From positions 1-64,000 of the IMG/VR virus record IMGVR_UViG_3300035034_001897: 64,000 bases of DNA; one strand, given 5' to 3'. The notes under the pieces were generated by a model. The model made no database searches, was not told the DNA's origin, and saw only the letters and a program-made list of their open reading frames with translations. Below, one piece after another: positions 10,072-18,524 of this stretch (positions are counted from its first letter, which is position 1; each line of letters starts with the position of its first letter). The DNA is from a virus. A program made the translations under genes and the position numbers.

Positions 10072-10302
10072 ATGGCTATCAAAACCGTACAGATCCGAAG
10101 TTATGGTGACGAAGTTTATATCGTCACCAATGACGGGATCGTAAAAGGAACAGTTGGCAATCGCACAATAGACTCCGAAGATGAGGTGGTTTATTCAATC
10201 AAAATAGGTGGCAAGTATCACTACATTAAAAAGAAACATCAACACGTATTTGAAGATTCAAAGTCACTAATCAAATACTATGAAAGTAACATCAAAGAAT
10301 GA
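10072..10302 (+). CDS. Hypothetical protein
   Basis: ORF track. Confidence 0.55.
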   Translation: MAIKTVQIRSYGDEVYIVTNDGIVKGTVGNRTIDSEDEVVYSIKIGGKYHYIKKKHQHVFEDSKSLIKYYESNIKE

Positions 10303-10398
10303 AAGAGCAATTAAGTCAAGACGTCAAACCAGGTGAATTTGACGGAGATAGGTTAGAGCCAATACTTCAAGCGTTCTTTATAAAACAACATTAATCAT

Positions 10399-11379
10399 AT
10401 GAAAACATTAAATCAACACAATTACAACGGTATAGATGCAACTATCATAGCAGATAGTAAGAACGAAGTAGGTAATCGTATCACATCATTCATCATCACA
10501 TTACCTAGAATTGTACTTGCAGAACTCAACACGCACAGAGCATTAACTAGAAACAGTGCATCAAGTAGAGCAGTTCCTCACAAAGTGATGGTGCAGAAAT
10601 GTATTGACACACCATTCATTCCAATCAAATGGATGAAAGATCACTCAGGAATGCAAGGAAATGATTTCTTTGAAGAGCAGAAAGATATAGATTATTTAAC
10701 TAACGATTGGTTAGAGGCTAGAGATAGTGCGGTAACTCACGCTGAAAGAATGAGTAGTGGTGGACTAACAAAACAGATTGTTAACAGATTACTAGAACCC
10801 TTCATGTGGCACACGGTTATTTGTACGGCAACTGAGTGGGAAAACTTCTATGCATTACGAGCACACGATGCTGCAGAAATACACATAGCGAAGTTAGCAG
10901 ATATGATGCTAGAACAAGCAAACTTGAGCGAACCTAAGCTGTTACAAGCTGGTGAGTGGCACATTCCATTTGGAGACGAGATGGATTCTATGAGAATCAT
11001 AGATTGCATCAACGAATTACGTATCAATGGAACATTTGATAGTAATGGAGACCTTGAACAGCAAATCGCTAAAGTAAAAGTGATGATTGCTACTGCAAGA
11101 TGTGCAAGAGTGAGTTATCTTAACTTTGAAGGTAAAGACGACTACGATGCAGACATCAAATTACACAATAGACTGAGTGGTATGGCACACTGGTCACCAT
11201 TCGAGCATTGTGCACAAGCGATGTGTGAAAGAGACTTTGAGCCATTCGATCATATGGAAGGTGCAGTAGATTGGATTAACGATCTATTTGGATGGTCAGG
11301 TAACTTTAAAGGATTTGTTCAGTATCGTAAAACGTTTGCAGGAGAAAATAAATCAGATAATCGTTTAATAAAGAAATAA
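10399..11379 (+). CDS. thyX: Flavin-dependent thymidylate synthase (ThyX/Thy1)
   Basis: ELNTHR...RNSASSRA signature, R..EI segment, C-terminal HWSPFEH typical of phage Thy1. Confidence 0.9.
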   Translation: MKTLNQHNYNGIDATIIADSKNEVGNRITSFIITLPRIVLAELNTHRALTRNSASSRAVPHKVMVQKCIDTPFIPIKWMKDHSGMQGNDFFEEQKDIDYLTNDWLEARDSAVTHAERMSSGGLTKQIVNRLLEPFMWHTVICTATEWENFYALRAHDAAEIHIAKLADMMLEQANLSEPKLLQAGEWHIPFGDEMDSMRIIDCINELRINGTFDSNGDLEQQIAKVKVMIATARCARVSYLNFEGKDDYDADIKLHNRLSGMAHWSPFEHCAQAMCERDFEPFDHMEGAVDWINDLFGWSGNFKGFVQYRKTFAGENKSDNRLIKK

Positions 11380-11567
11380 TGAGAGATTTTATAAGTTTAA
11401 TGCTAGTATGCATATTAGGATTGTTAATAATAGCGATCTGGCTATTTCCATTAATATTGTGTGCAGTCACAGGAAACTGGTGGCTAATGTTTATATACTT
11501 TGCTTGGTGGATTCCAGCATCTATATTAACAAGACTATTGTCTGAATTTATGGAGTTAGTACAATGA
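11379..11567 (+). CDS. Small membrane protein
   Basis: Highly hydrophobic 62 aa. Confidence 0.55.
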   Translation: MRDFISLMLVCILGLLIIAIWLFPLILCAVTGNWWLMFIYFAWWIPASILTRLLSEFMELVQ

Positions 11568-11666
11568 AAATGGTAATAACTGCACTGGTGATCATTGTAG
11601 TATCAATATTTCTAGCAAATATTGATAACGATGATAGTGATCACTTAGCAATGTAAAACACGTATT

Positions 11667-12008
11667 ATGAAAAAGATTGAAATATTCGCATTAATTAATC
11701 TATTCGCAGATCATTGTAAGTATGGAGTTGATTTAGATAAACTACTCAAAGACATTCAGAAGCTTCAAGATAAGAAGTTGTCAGAAAAGGAAATGAATGT
11801 ATTGGCTAGCAAATTAAAACTTCATCCAATACTCAGTCAGCTTACTATTCATTTATCGTATGTAAGTGAAGAGAATAAGAAGGATCAGAAATCTCGTTAC
11901 GAAATCGTATTAGATGATGAAGGTCAAGGTGTAGTTGAGGACAATATGATTTGGGTGCATACTTTAGTGTACGACCTAATATCGCATTTAAAGTATGGTG
12001 TAAAATAA
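11667..12008 (+). CDS. Hypothetical protein
   Basis: ORF track. Confidence 0.6.
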   Translation: MKKIEIFALINLFADHCKYGVDLDKLLKDIQKLQDKKLSEKEMNVLASKLKLHPILSQLTIHLSYVSEENKKDQKSRYEIVLDDEGQGVVEDNMIWVHTLVYDLISHLKYGVK

Positions 12009-12029
12009 ATTAAATTATTTTCGATTAAA

Positions 12030-12062
12030 TGTTGTCAGAAAGATATAAAGGTACTACCTTTA
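12030..12062 (+). promoter_or_regulatory. Conserved early promoter, copy 3 (upstream of small ORF and RNA array)
   Basis: TGTTG-TCAGAAAGATATAAAGGTAC-TACCTTTA. Confidence 0.75.
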
Positions 12063-12108
12063 TATCATAAGGAAATAGTAATAGTACAACATTTAAAAAT
12101 CGGAAATT

Positions 12109-12225
12109 ATGACACCAACACAAGTAGAAATCGCAACAGCAGTAACGATAGCAGTAGTATTAATCGTAATTTTCATCAAGTTCGGAGGACTGAGCGGTGG
12201 AGCACGAAACGCAATATTCAGATAA
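12109..12225 (+). CDS. 38 aa single-TM peptide (MTPTQVEIATAVTIAVVLIVIFIKFGG...), not in ORF track
   Basis: Follows the promoter and AATCGGAAATT-ATG motif as in the other early units. Confidence 0.65.
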   Translation: MTPTQVEIATAVTIAVVLIVIFIKFGGLSGGARNAIFR

Positions 12226-12349
12226 CATTTAAGATAGGTTACCAATCATAGTGTAGAGTCTTCTCAACCTAAAAGCACGTCTGCAAATTAGCAGAAAGAG
12301 AATCGCTAGGAGTGATTCAGAGAGGTACAGCAAACAAAAGTTCATTGAC

Positions 12350-12507
12350 ATATTGAAGTGAGAGAATGATCAAATAGGCAGTAGTCAATCTCGTACTATC
12401 TTATAGTACCAGACATTATGACAGAGCCATCGAAAGAATAGATCACTCATCTTGCGACTGGGAACGATGCGCTCGCAAGGTGTACTCTGAATCTTTCACT
12501 TCAATAT
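12350..12507 (+). ncRNA. Structured RNA module of unknown family
   Basis: 16 bp closing stem 12350-12365/12492-12507 (one G-U); inner stems 12393-12409 and 12448-12457/12473-12482. Confidence 0.65.
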
Positions 12508-12518
12508 AACTTAAACTA

Positions 12519-12581
12519 CCCTACGTGTAAATGCAATAATCTCCTCTTGCCAGGATCAAAGATTTACAGTTCTTTAAGGGG
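12519..12581 (+). ncRNA. Structured RNA module
   Basis: CCCT/AGGG and TGTAAAT (12526-32)/ATTTACA (12562-68) nested stems. Confidence 0.4.
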
Positions 12582-12607
12582 CGTGCAGATAAATGTGAGT
12601 CTGTAAC

Positions 12608-12685
12608 AAACACACTAGTGAGAGCCTTCGAGCCAATTTTCATTGGGAAGCAGTATCTAGCGAACGTATAACGGCTAGTGTGTTT
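12608..12685 (+). ncRNA. Structured RNA module
   Basis: 12 bp closing stem AAACACACTAGT/GCTAGTGTGTTT with inner CTTC-CCAAT/ATTGG-GAAG hairpin. Confidence 0.55.
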
Positions 12686-12692
12686 TAAAATA

Positions 12693-12768
12693 CAAGGTTT
12701 AGATCGTGGACACCTAATCAGTAGAATCGTGGCGTAACCTGAGTGAAATTAGATCTTATTAAACTTTG
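12693..12768 (+). ncRNA. Structured RNA module
   Basis: CAAGGTTTA/TAAACTTTG plus GATC/GATC stacked stems. Confidence 0.45.
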
Positions 12769-12997
12769 GTGATTCTTAGTGGAAAAGTGAAAGTAGTAGC
12801 TGAAAACCTCCGTTTCGAAAAGACGCTTGTGAAAGAATGTCCTGCTTACAATAGATTGCTGTGTGAGAACTTCAATTGGATTGAGATAGAAACGAAAGTA
12901 TTGAAGAAGTCTGTCTATCATCACTGACAGAGGGGTATAGAGTTAGCGTACGACAATAACTCTATATGCGACCGAAAAATCGATGATGTGGAATAAT

Positions 12998-13068
12998 ATG
13001 TGTGTAGCTCAGTAGGTAGAGCGCTGGTTAATACTTAGCGTCAGTGGTTCGATCCCACTCCACATTCA
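12998..13068 (+). tRNA. Atypical tRNA or tRNA-like element (apparent anticodon AAT, Ile)
   Basis: TAGCTCAGTAGGTAGAGC D arm and AGTGG-TTCGATC-CCACT T arm are canonical; anticodon arm GCTGG-TTAATAC-TTAGC; bulged acceptor stem, short core, no encoded CCA. Confidence 0.6.
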
Positions 13069-13073
13069 AATGA

Positions 13074-13211
13074 GGCATCGTTATGCAAAACTATTGTGAA
13101 GTTCCGTGATAAGTATCTTGAGGGTTGAGTGCACATACCGATAATAGAGAAAGTGGAACAGAACTGTAAGAAAGGAACAGTCTTTCAGTTCGTTGAAAGT
13201 AGAACGATGCT
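13074..13211 (+). ncRNA. Structured RNA module
   Basis: 9 bp closing stem GGCATCGTT/AACGATGCT; inner GTTCC/GGAAC and GAACTG/CAGTTC stems. Confidence 0.55.
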
Positions 13212-13226
13212 AAAGAATTGCTTTAT

Positions 13227-13306
13227 AGAGTGGCGTAATCAACTCTTGCAGTGGTGTAGGTAGGGAAGGAGATGTTTCCTCAATTAAATTCCCTAACTTC
13301 ACGCCA
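13227..13306 (+). ncRNA. Structured RNA module or 5' leader
   Basis: TGGTGT/ACGCCA and TAGGGAA/TTCCCTA nested stems; AGAGT/ACTCT hairpin. Confidence 0.4.
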
Positions 13307-13318
13307 AACAATAATATT

Positions 13319-13567
13319 ATGAAAAAGTTAATTTTTATATTACTAACAATATGCTGCATAAGTGTGCAAGCTCAGAGTAAGAAGGTTGTGATGACTATGG
13401 AGATCACTATACAAAGTGATAATCAATGTAAGTTAGATACTACTAAAGTGATTAAGAACATAAAAAAGGATACTTTATCGAAAGTAGTATTGGTCAAGAT
13501 AAATGCATTAATAGCATCGAAATCTAATGACAGTATCATCAAAAGTAGTTATTACGATTTTAAATAG
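13319..13567 (+). CDS. Small exported protein
   Basis: MKKLIFILLTICCISVQA-Q Sec signal with Gln at +1, Bacteroidota style. Confidence 0.6.
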   Translation: MKKLIFILLTICCISVQAQSKKVVMTMEITIQSDNQCKLDTTKVIKNIKKDTLSKVVLVKINALIASKSNDSIIKSSYYDFK

Positions 13568-13584
13568 TATATTTATCGAATAGA

Positions 13585-13790
13585 GAACTGAAACCGACCA
13601 GCTCTTAAAATATTAGAAGATGTAGGCAACTACATCAAGTGTACCAGCTGTATAGTAATATGTTGGATATGGGTGAAAGTTGGAATAAGTTATTTAGAAT
13701 ATACCAGCAACTAGCCAAGCACTTAGGAGTTTACAGCAAGAACTTAAATCGTTCCCGATAATCGATTTTATTTCGCGACCTCATTGAGGT
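13585..13790 (+). ncRNA. Structured RNA or 5' leader
   Basis: GATGTAG-GCAA-CTACATC GNRA hairpin (13619-36), AAGTGT/GCACTT and GCTCTTA/TAGGAGT long-range stems, three ACCAGC copies. Confidence 0.5.
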
Positions 13791-13821
13791 GCTAATTTTT
13801 AACTTAATACCCTTTTCAATA

Positions 13822-14187
13822 ATGAAAAAGTTTATTTTTACAGTGTTAGTGATGATTGCCTTCGTAGGAACATCATTCGCAACAACAGCCACAATCCAGT
13901 CAACCATTCAAGATGACCATCCAATCTTTGTATTAGATTACGATGTGAATATTACAGCTGGAGATTTCAATTTTGATGCAAACCTGGAAACATATACTGT
14001 CAAAGCAGTCACCGACGAGGTCGGATATGAACCCACATCACTTATTAAAAATACGAAAGCGTTAGCAGTACAGCCGATCACTTTATTTGAGAGGGCAATT
14101 TATCGATATGATAATCGAATGCCAATCAATAAATACATACAAGTAAAAAGTTATAAGCAGTTTGCCTCATACGACTTAATGATGTAG
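13822..14187 (+). CDS. Exported protein with signal peptide
   Basis: Likely start ATG 13822 (MKKFIFTVLVMIAFVGTSFA) rather than GTG 13789. Confidence 0.65.
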   Translation: MKKFIFTVLVMIAFVGTSFATTATIQSTIQDDHPIFVLDYDVNITAGDFNFDANLETYTVKAVTDEVGYEPTSLIKNTKALAVQPITLFERAIYRYDNRMPINKYIQVKSYKQFASYDLMM

Positions 14188-14210
14188 TAACAATGCTAAC
14201 AAATATATTG

Positions 14211-14242
14211 AAAGTCCTTAGCAAAAGTTAAGGACTTTTTTT
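14211..14242 (+). terminator. Rho-independent terminator
   Basis: AAAGTCCTTAGC-AAAA-GTTAAGGACTTT followed by T run. Confidence 0.85.
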
Positions 14243-14271
14243 GTTATATTTATCACCCAATTATCGATTGA

Positions 14272-15459
14272 ATGAACTTAGACGATCAAATTAGAAATAG
14301 CATTACACAAAGACGTGATGTCATTGCAGGTAACATAGTTAAAGGTAAACCATCTATGCCAATTGGAACCATTTCAAATGGTCGTAAAAAGATAGCAGAA
14401 GGTCAGTGGAGAGATGTTGTTGATGGAAACAAAAAGCCTAAACAAAACAAAGAGAAGATTAAACTCAGTGCAAAAGTGCTTGCATTAAATGAGAAACATC
14501 AACTCAGTCGATTGCCAATAGATATGCCTCATAATGAAGTGATCATCAATAAAGGTGAAGCGAAAAGTAATTGGATTCTCAAATGGATTGATCCTAAAAC
14601 ACAGAAGGCAGTTACAGCATATAGTAAAGCATTTCTCAAGAAGAATGCACAAGACAAATGGAAGCGTATAGAAAACGTATCTAAGAAAGATATCAGTGCA
14701 ATCAAGATTGGTGCAGACAAATTGATAGTAGGTAGTAATGCTGCTGAACAACAAAGTGGTGCCATAGTAAGCATCATCAGTCAAACTGGGTTGAGACCTG
14801 GAAGTAGAAGTGGTTTCAACAGCACACAAAACAGAGGAGTAAGTACACTCGCTAAAAAGAATATCAAGATTGAGGGAAGTAAAATCACTTTTGAATTCAA
14901 AGGTAAATCGTACAAGAACAACACTGCTGAGATAAATGATAGTGTATTAGCTAACTATCTCAGTGAAAGAATGAGTAAGGTTAAAGGAGAAGACTCCTTC
15001 ATATTCAATACTACAATTAACAAGGTAAGAGATGACTTTAAAGATAGTATCACACCAAATGATTCTATCAAACTCAAAGATATGCGAACATACATAGCAA
15101 CTGACATTGCGAGAGATATGTTAATGCACAATAAATTTGAAGTGCCTCAAAAAGGTGCAAAGAAAGCAATACAAGGTAAGTTGATGGAAGTATTTAAAGC
15201 TGTAAGTAATCAGCTGAACAATAGTCCTACAATGGCTAAAACAAGCTATATTCATCCTAACGTAATCAATGAATGGCTAGAAGGTTTAGGTGTGAAAGAA
15301 GCAGATATGTTTATGATGAAAGCTGTCAATTACACTGAGGCATTAAAAGCAATGAAACTTAGAAGAGACCCTGACAATATTGAGGGGGACGATAACGAAG
15401 ATTTTGACGATATTGATGAATATAATCTACCAGATTGGTGGGACCCAACATTACAATAA
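14272..15459 (+). CDS. DNA topoisomerase IB (bacterial/poxvirus type) with shared N-terminal leader
   Basis: Catalytic residues in GLRPG, FKGK, KDMRT and SYIHP. Confidence 0.88.
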   Translation: MNLDDQIRNSITQRRDVIAGNIVKGKPSMPIGTISNGRKKIAEGQWRDVVDGNKKPKQNKEKIKLSAKVLALNEKHQLSRLPIDMPHNEVIINKGEAKSNWILKWIDPKTQKAVTAYSKAFLKKNAQDKWKRIENVSKKDISAIKIGADKLIVGSNAAEQQSGAIVSIISQTGLRPGSRSGFNSTQNRGVSTLAKKNIKIEGSKITFEFKGKSYKNNTAEINDSVLANYLSERMSKVKGEDSFIFNTTINKVRDDFKDSITPNDSIKLKDMRTYIATDIARDMLMHNKFEVPQKGAKKAIQGKLMEVFKAVSNQLNNSPTMAKTSYIHPNVINEWLEGLGVKEADMFMMKAVNYTEALKAMKLRRDPDNIEGDDNEDFDDIDEYNLPDWWDPTLQ

Positions 15460-15461
15460 CT

Positions 15462-15917
15462 ATGGATTTAGAAGAGCAAATTAGATCAAGAAGACGTGAA
15501 CAAGCTGCACAAATTGCACAATCATTAGGTGTAGATTTGATTAAAGGTAAGGCTGCTGATGAAGGTGAAGAAAGAGAGTGGGGTGGTAAGAAATATAAGA
15601 AAACTAGTGGTAAATGGATACCAGTTACTGATGGAAAAGATAAAAAGAAGGATGATGACCCGAAGAATTCATCTAAAAAGTCAGAGGATCCTAAATCAGA
15701 TGGTAAAGCAAAACCTAGTGCAGGTGAAGGTGTTGATAAGCACGAAATAGCACAACTTACTGCATTGAAAGCTACAATGGAATCTAATCCAGAAAAAGCA
15801 TATGAAATCTTCCAATCACTCAGTCCAGAAGCGCAACAAGCTGTTCCTCAAGATGTGGTTAACAAATTGGTTGAAGGTAGTCATAGTGAAGGTGAAGATG
15901 AGGCTGAAGGTGTTTGA
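15462..15917 (+). CDS. Leader-bearing charged protein (putative internal head protein), possibly N-terminal part of a split gene
   Basis: Start ATG 15462 (MDLEEQIRSRR...DLIKGK) matches the leader of the neighbouring genes. Confidence 0.7.
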   Translation: MDLEEQIRSRRREQAAQIAQSLGVDLIKGKAADEGEEREWGGKKYKKTSGKWIPVTDGKDKKKDDDPKNSSKKSEDPKSDGKAKPSAGEGVDKHEIAQLTALKATMESNPEKAYEIFQSLSPEAQQAVPQDVVNKLVEGSHSEGEDEAEGV

Positions 15918-16947
15918 GGATGACGATCAAGAGTCTTTTGATCAAGCAGCTTATGATAAGGCTATTGAATCTAAAGATACTAATGCAGTTATTGAGCAAG
16001 CAGTTAAGTTGAAGGATGAAGAATTGCAAGAGAAAATTGACATACATTATCAAATGGCCAGTGCAGGAGCAACTGGTGGTCACACAAAGTTAGTTAATAT
16101 CTTAGGTAAAATAAAAGAAGCGAGATTAGAAGGTTTAAATAATGTAAACGATTCTTACTCAAAAGAGCAGATTCACAGTGAAATCGATAGTCAGTTAGAA
16201 AACTTCTTTGAAGACACTTCAAATATAGATGTTGAAGGATTAAAAGAAGAGGTTGAAAAAAGATTTCAAGAAGAAGATAAAAAAGAAAAGGCAACTAGTG
16301 ACAGAGATATGCAAGACGTAGTGTCAGCAATCTTAACAGATATGGTTGATGAGCAGAGTGAAGATGTAAAGAAAAAACAAGAAAATTCTCTAAGTCAGTG
16401 GAATGATGAATTAGATCCTGATGACGCTTTTTTTGATATCAAAAATCAAGTGAGAGAAGATTATGGAATAGACGAGCTTGATGAGGAAGGTGAGGAAGAA
16501 AATGAAGACGATATAATGAGAGAAGCTAATGATATATTTAGAGTCCGATTCGGATTTGATAATTATCAAGACGCTATATCTGCGATGGAAAGTAAGATGG
16601 AAAGTAAGAGTGAAAGTTCAAATAAAACTTATGATGGCATTAGAGAATGGGTAGGAGACTATAACGACGCTCAAGTAGAAAATGTAATCGAAGGCTTTAA
16701 TGAATCAGGATTTACTCAAAAGAATCTTGAGATAGCTCAAGGAAGGTCGTCAGAAGAACATATGAATAGAGTAGGAGAGCGAGCAGAATCTCTTGCAAAA
16801 AAAATCGTAGCAAACCAAAAAAATCCAATGGATCAAGATGAGGTAGCTGAAATTGTAGAAGGTATGATTGAATCAAAGTTCAAGATTACAGATTGGGATA
16901 ATCAAAAAAACATTAAAAAATCATTAGACATCTTATTACAATCATAA
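15910..16947 (+). CDS. Very acidic protein; +1 frame continuation of the previous ORF or separate GTG-start gene
   Basis: Protein-like D/E-rich sequence begins only at about 15910; ends IKKSLDILLQS. Confidence 0.65.
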   Translation: MFEDDDQESFDQAAYDKAIESKDTNAVIEQAVKLKDEELQEKIDIHYQMASAGATGGHTKLVNILGKIKEARLEGLNNVNDSYSKEQIHSEIDSQLENFFEDTSNIDVEGLKEEVEKRFQEEDKKEKATSDRDMQDVVSAILTDMVDEQSEDVKKKQENSLSQWNDELDPDDAFFDIKNQVREDYGIDELDEEGEEENEDDIMREANDIFRVRFGFDNYQDAISAMESKMESKSESSNKTYDGIREWVGDYNDAQVENVIEGFNESGFTQKNLEIAQGRSSEEHMNRVGERAESLAKKIVANQKNPMDQDEVAEIVEGMIESKFKITDWDNQKNIKKSLDILLQS

Positions 16948-16949
16948 TT

Positions 16950-18323
16950 ATGGAATTAGAAAATCAAATTGCACAGAAGAGAGAATTGCAAAAATCCAAC
17001 ATTAATCAAATGATGGGTATTCAACATTCACAACCTCAACCTATAGTTGAAGTTGATATGGATGATGTGCGAAAAGCCATAACTCAAATCCAATTAGGTA
17101 GAGAGGAAAATCTTGACATCATCAAAGGGAAAGTTCTTCCAGTTGGAACCATTCGTAAGAGAGGTGATCAAAACTGGATTAAGATTTCAGAAACTGGACC
17201 TAGTGCAAAGCAATGGAAATATCACTCTAAAGCAGGTAGTGAGAAAGGTCAGACAGCTAAGATTGAAGCAATGAGTGAGCCTGAAAAGATGGAGTCAAGA
17301 GCACTTGCAAGTAAACTATTCACACTTGTCAATAAGGTAGGTGGAGCAAAGACGTTTGGAGAGCAAATGAAACTTATTGAAGACGCTGGTATTACAGATC
17401 CTGAAAAAGTGGTGGAGCTTACTAACCAAAACTTATCTGACGTATTGAAATATATGGATGGCAAAGGAATGGAAAAGAAGCGTCAAGACTTCAACATCAA
17501 AGACGAATTAGCGAAGTTAGAGATGATGGATGCTATTAAGACTGGTTTTGATAAAATCGATGTAAAAGATCGTTGGGAATCATATAGAGTATTTCTTGAT
17601 CTAGTTGCAAATGGTACTGCAAAGAGTATGATCGCTTATGGTACGGGAGGTATAGGTAAAACGTACAATGCAACAAAAATATTCGCAAAAAACAACTTAG
17701 CTGAATATGATGGAGATGTTCACGAAGCTGGTGATAGTAATTATGATTACGTTAAAATCACTGGTAAAACATCACCAACTGCATTATATGCAGCATTATA
17801 CGAACATAATGGTAAGTGTTTGATGTTCGATGACTGTGATAGTGTGTTAGAGCACGATGATTCAATCAACATTCTCAAAGGAGCGTTAGATAGTGGTGGA
17901 GATAATTCAATCGCTTATGCATCAGGTAAGAAGCTTAAAACAGAAAAAGGTGAGACAGTTCCTCAACGATTTAAGTTTACTGGTAGGGTAGCATTCATTA
18001 CCAATCTTACAGCTGAAAAAATGCCTCAACCTCTTCGTAGTAGAGCATTTACAGCAGATTTAACAATGACGCCAGATGAGACGGTAACGATGATGGAGGA
18101 AATTATCCACAAAATAGAATTTCAAAATGCTCAAGGTGCAGCGATACACGTATCAACTGAAGATAGACAGTCAGCAATCGACTTTATTTCAGATAATGTG
18201 AACAATATCAATGTTCGAGATCTCAATTCAAGAACGCTTGGGCAAATAGCAATAATCAAAAAGAAATTGAGCAGCCATCCAACATTAGATTGGAAAACTG
18301 CTGCGATTGCAATGTTAACATAA
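16950..18323 (+). CDS. AAA+-like P-loop ATPase with shared N-terminal leader
   Basis: Walker A GTGGIGKT, Walker B LMFDDCD, FITN sensor, LRSR arginine-finger-like motif. Confidence 0.8.
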   Translation: MELENQIAQKRELQKSNINQMMGIQHSQPQPIVEVDMDDVRKAITQIQLGREENLDIIKGKVLPVGTIRKRGDQNWIKISETGPSAKQWKYHSKAGSEKGQTAKIEAMSEPEKMESRALASKLFTLVNKVGGAKTFGEQMKLIEDAGITDPEKVVELTNQNLSDVLKYMDGKGMEKKRQDFNIKDELAKLEMMDAIKTGFDKIDVKDRWESYRVFLDLVANGTAKSMIAYGTGGIGKTYNATKIFAKNNLAEYDGDVHEAGDSNYDYVKITGKTSPTALYAALYEHNGKCLMFDDCDSVLEHDDSINILKGALDSGGDNSIAYASGKKLKTEKGETVPQRFKFTGRVAFITNLTAEKMPQPLRSRAFTADLTMTPDETVTMMEEIIHKIEFQNAQGAAIHVSTEDRQSAIDFISDNVNNINVRDLNSRTLGQIAIIKKKLSSHPTLDWKTAAIAMLT

Positions 18324-18335
18324 AACACAAATATT

Positions 18336-18461
18336 ATGGCAAATGATTTAACACAAGTACCGTTAGATAAATTAGATTTGATTTATAAAACGCAGGAGTC
18401 AGGTCCTTTAAAGGATACGATTGCAAAGGAGATTCAGCATAGAGTAAATGCTGAAAAATAA
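18336..18461 (+). CDS. 41 aa protein (MANDLTQVP...), not in ORF track
   Basis: ATG in AT-rich context; fills the gap before the promoter. Confidence 0.45.
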   Translation: MANDLTQVPLDKLDLIYKTQESGPLKDTIAKEIQHRVNAEK

Positions 18462-18471
18462 CTACACTAAC

Positions 18472-18504
18472 TGTTGGTAGAAAGATATTAAAGTAGTATC
18501 TTTA
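18472..18504 (+). promoter_or_regulatory. Conserved early promoter, copy 4
   Basis: TGTTG-GTAGAAAGATATTAAAGTAG-TATCTTTA. Confidence 0.7.
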
Positions 18505-18524
18505 TGTAAAGAAGTAATAACACT

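Noticed and set aside
12718-12924. 68 aa minus-strand ORF in the non-coding tract
   Set aside because: Opposite to local transcription, no recognisable features, and the region is better explained by + strand RNA stems
12230-13310. CRISPR array, tmRNA, RNase P RNA, SRP RNA or hammerhead ribozyme
   Set aside because: No direct repeats with spacers, no tmRNA termini, no RNase P GAGGAAAGUCC, no SRP GGAA loop motif and no CUGANGA/GAAA core found by eye
14272-15459. Tyrosine integrase indicating a temperate phage
   Set aside because: The motifs fit Topo IB (KGK, SYIHP) rather than the HxLRH integrase pattern; no repressor or att site is evident
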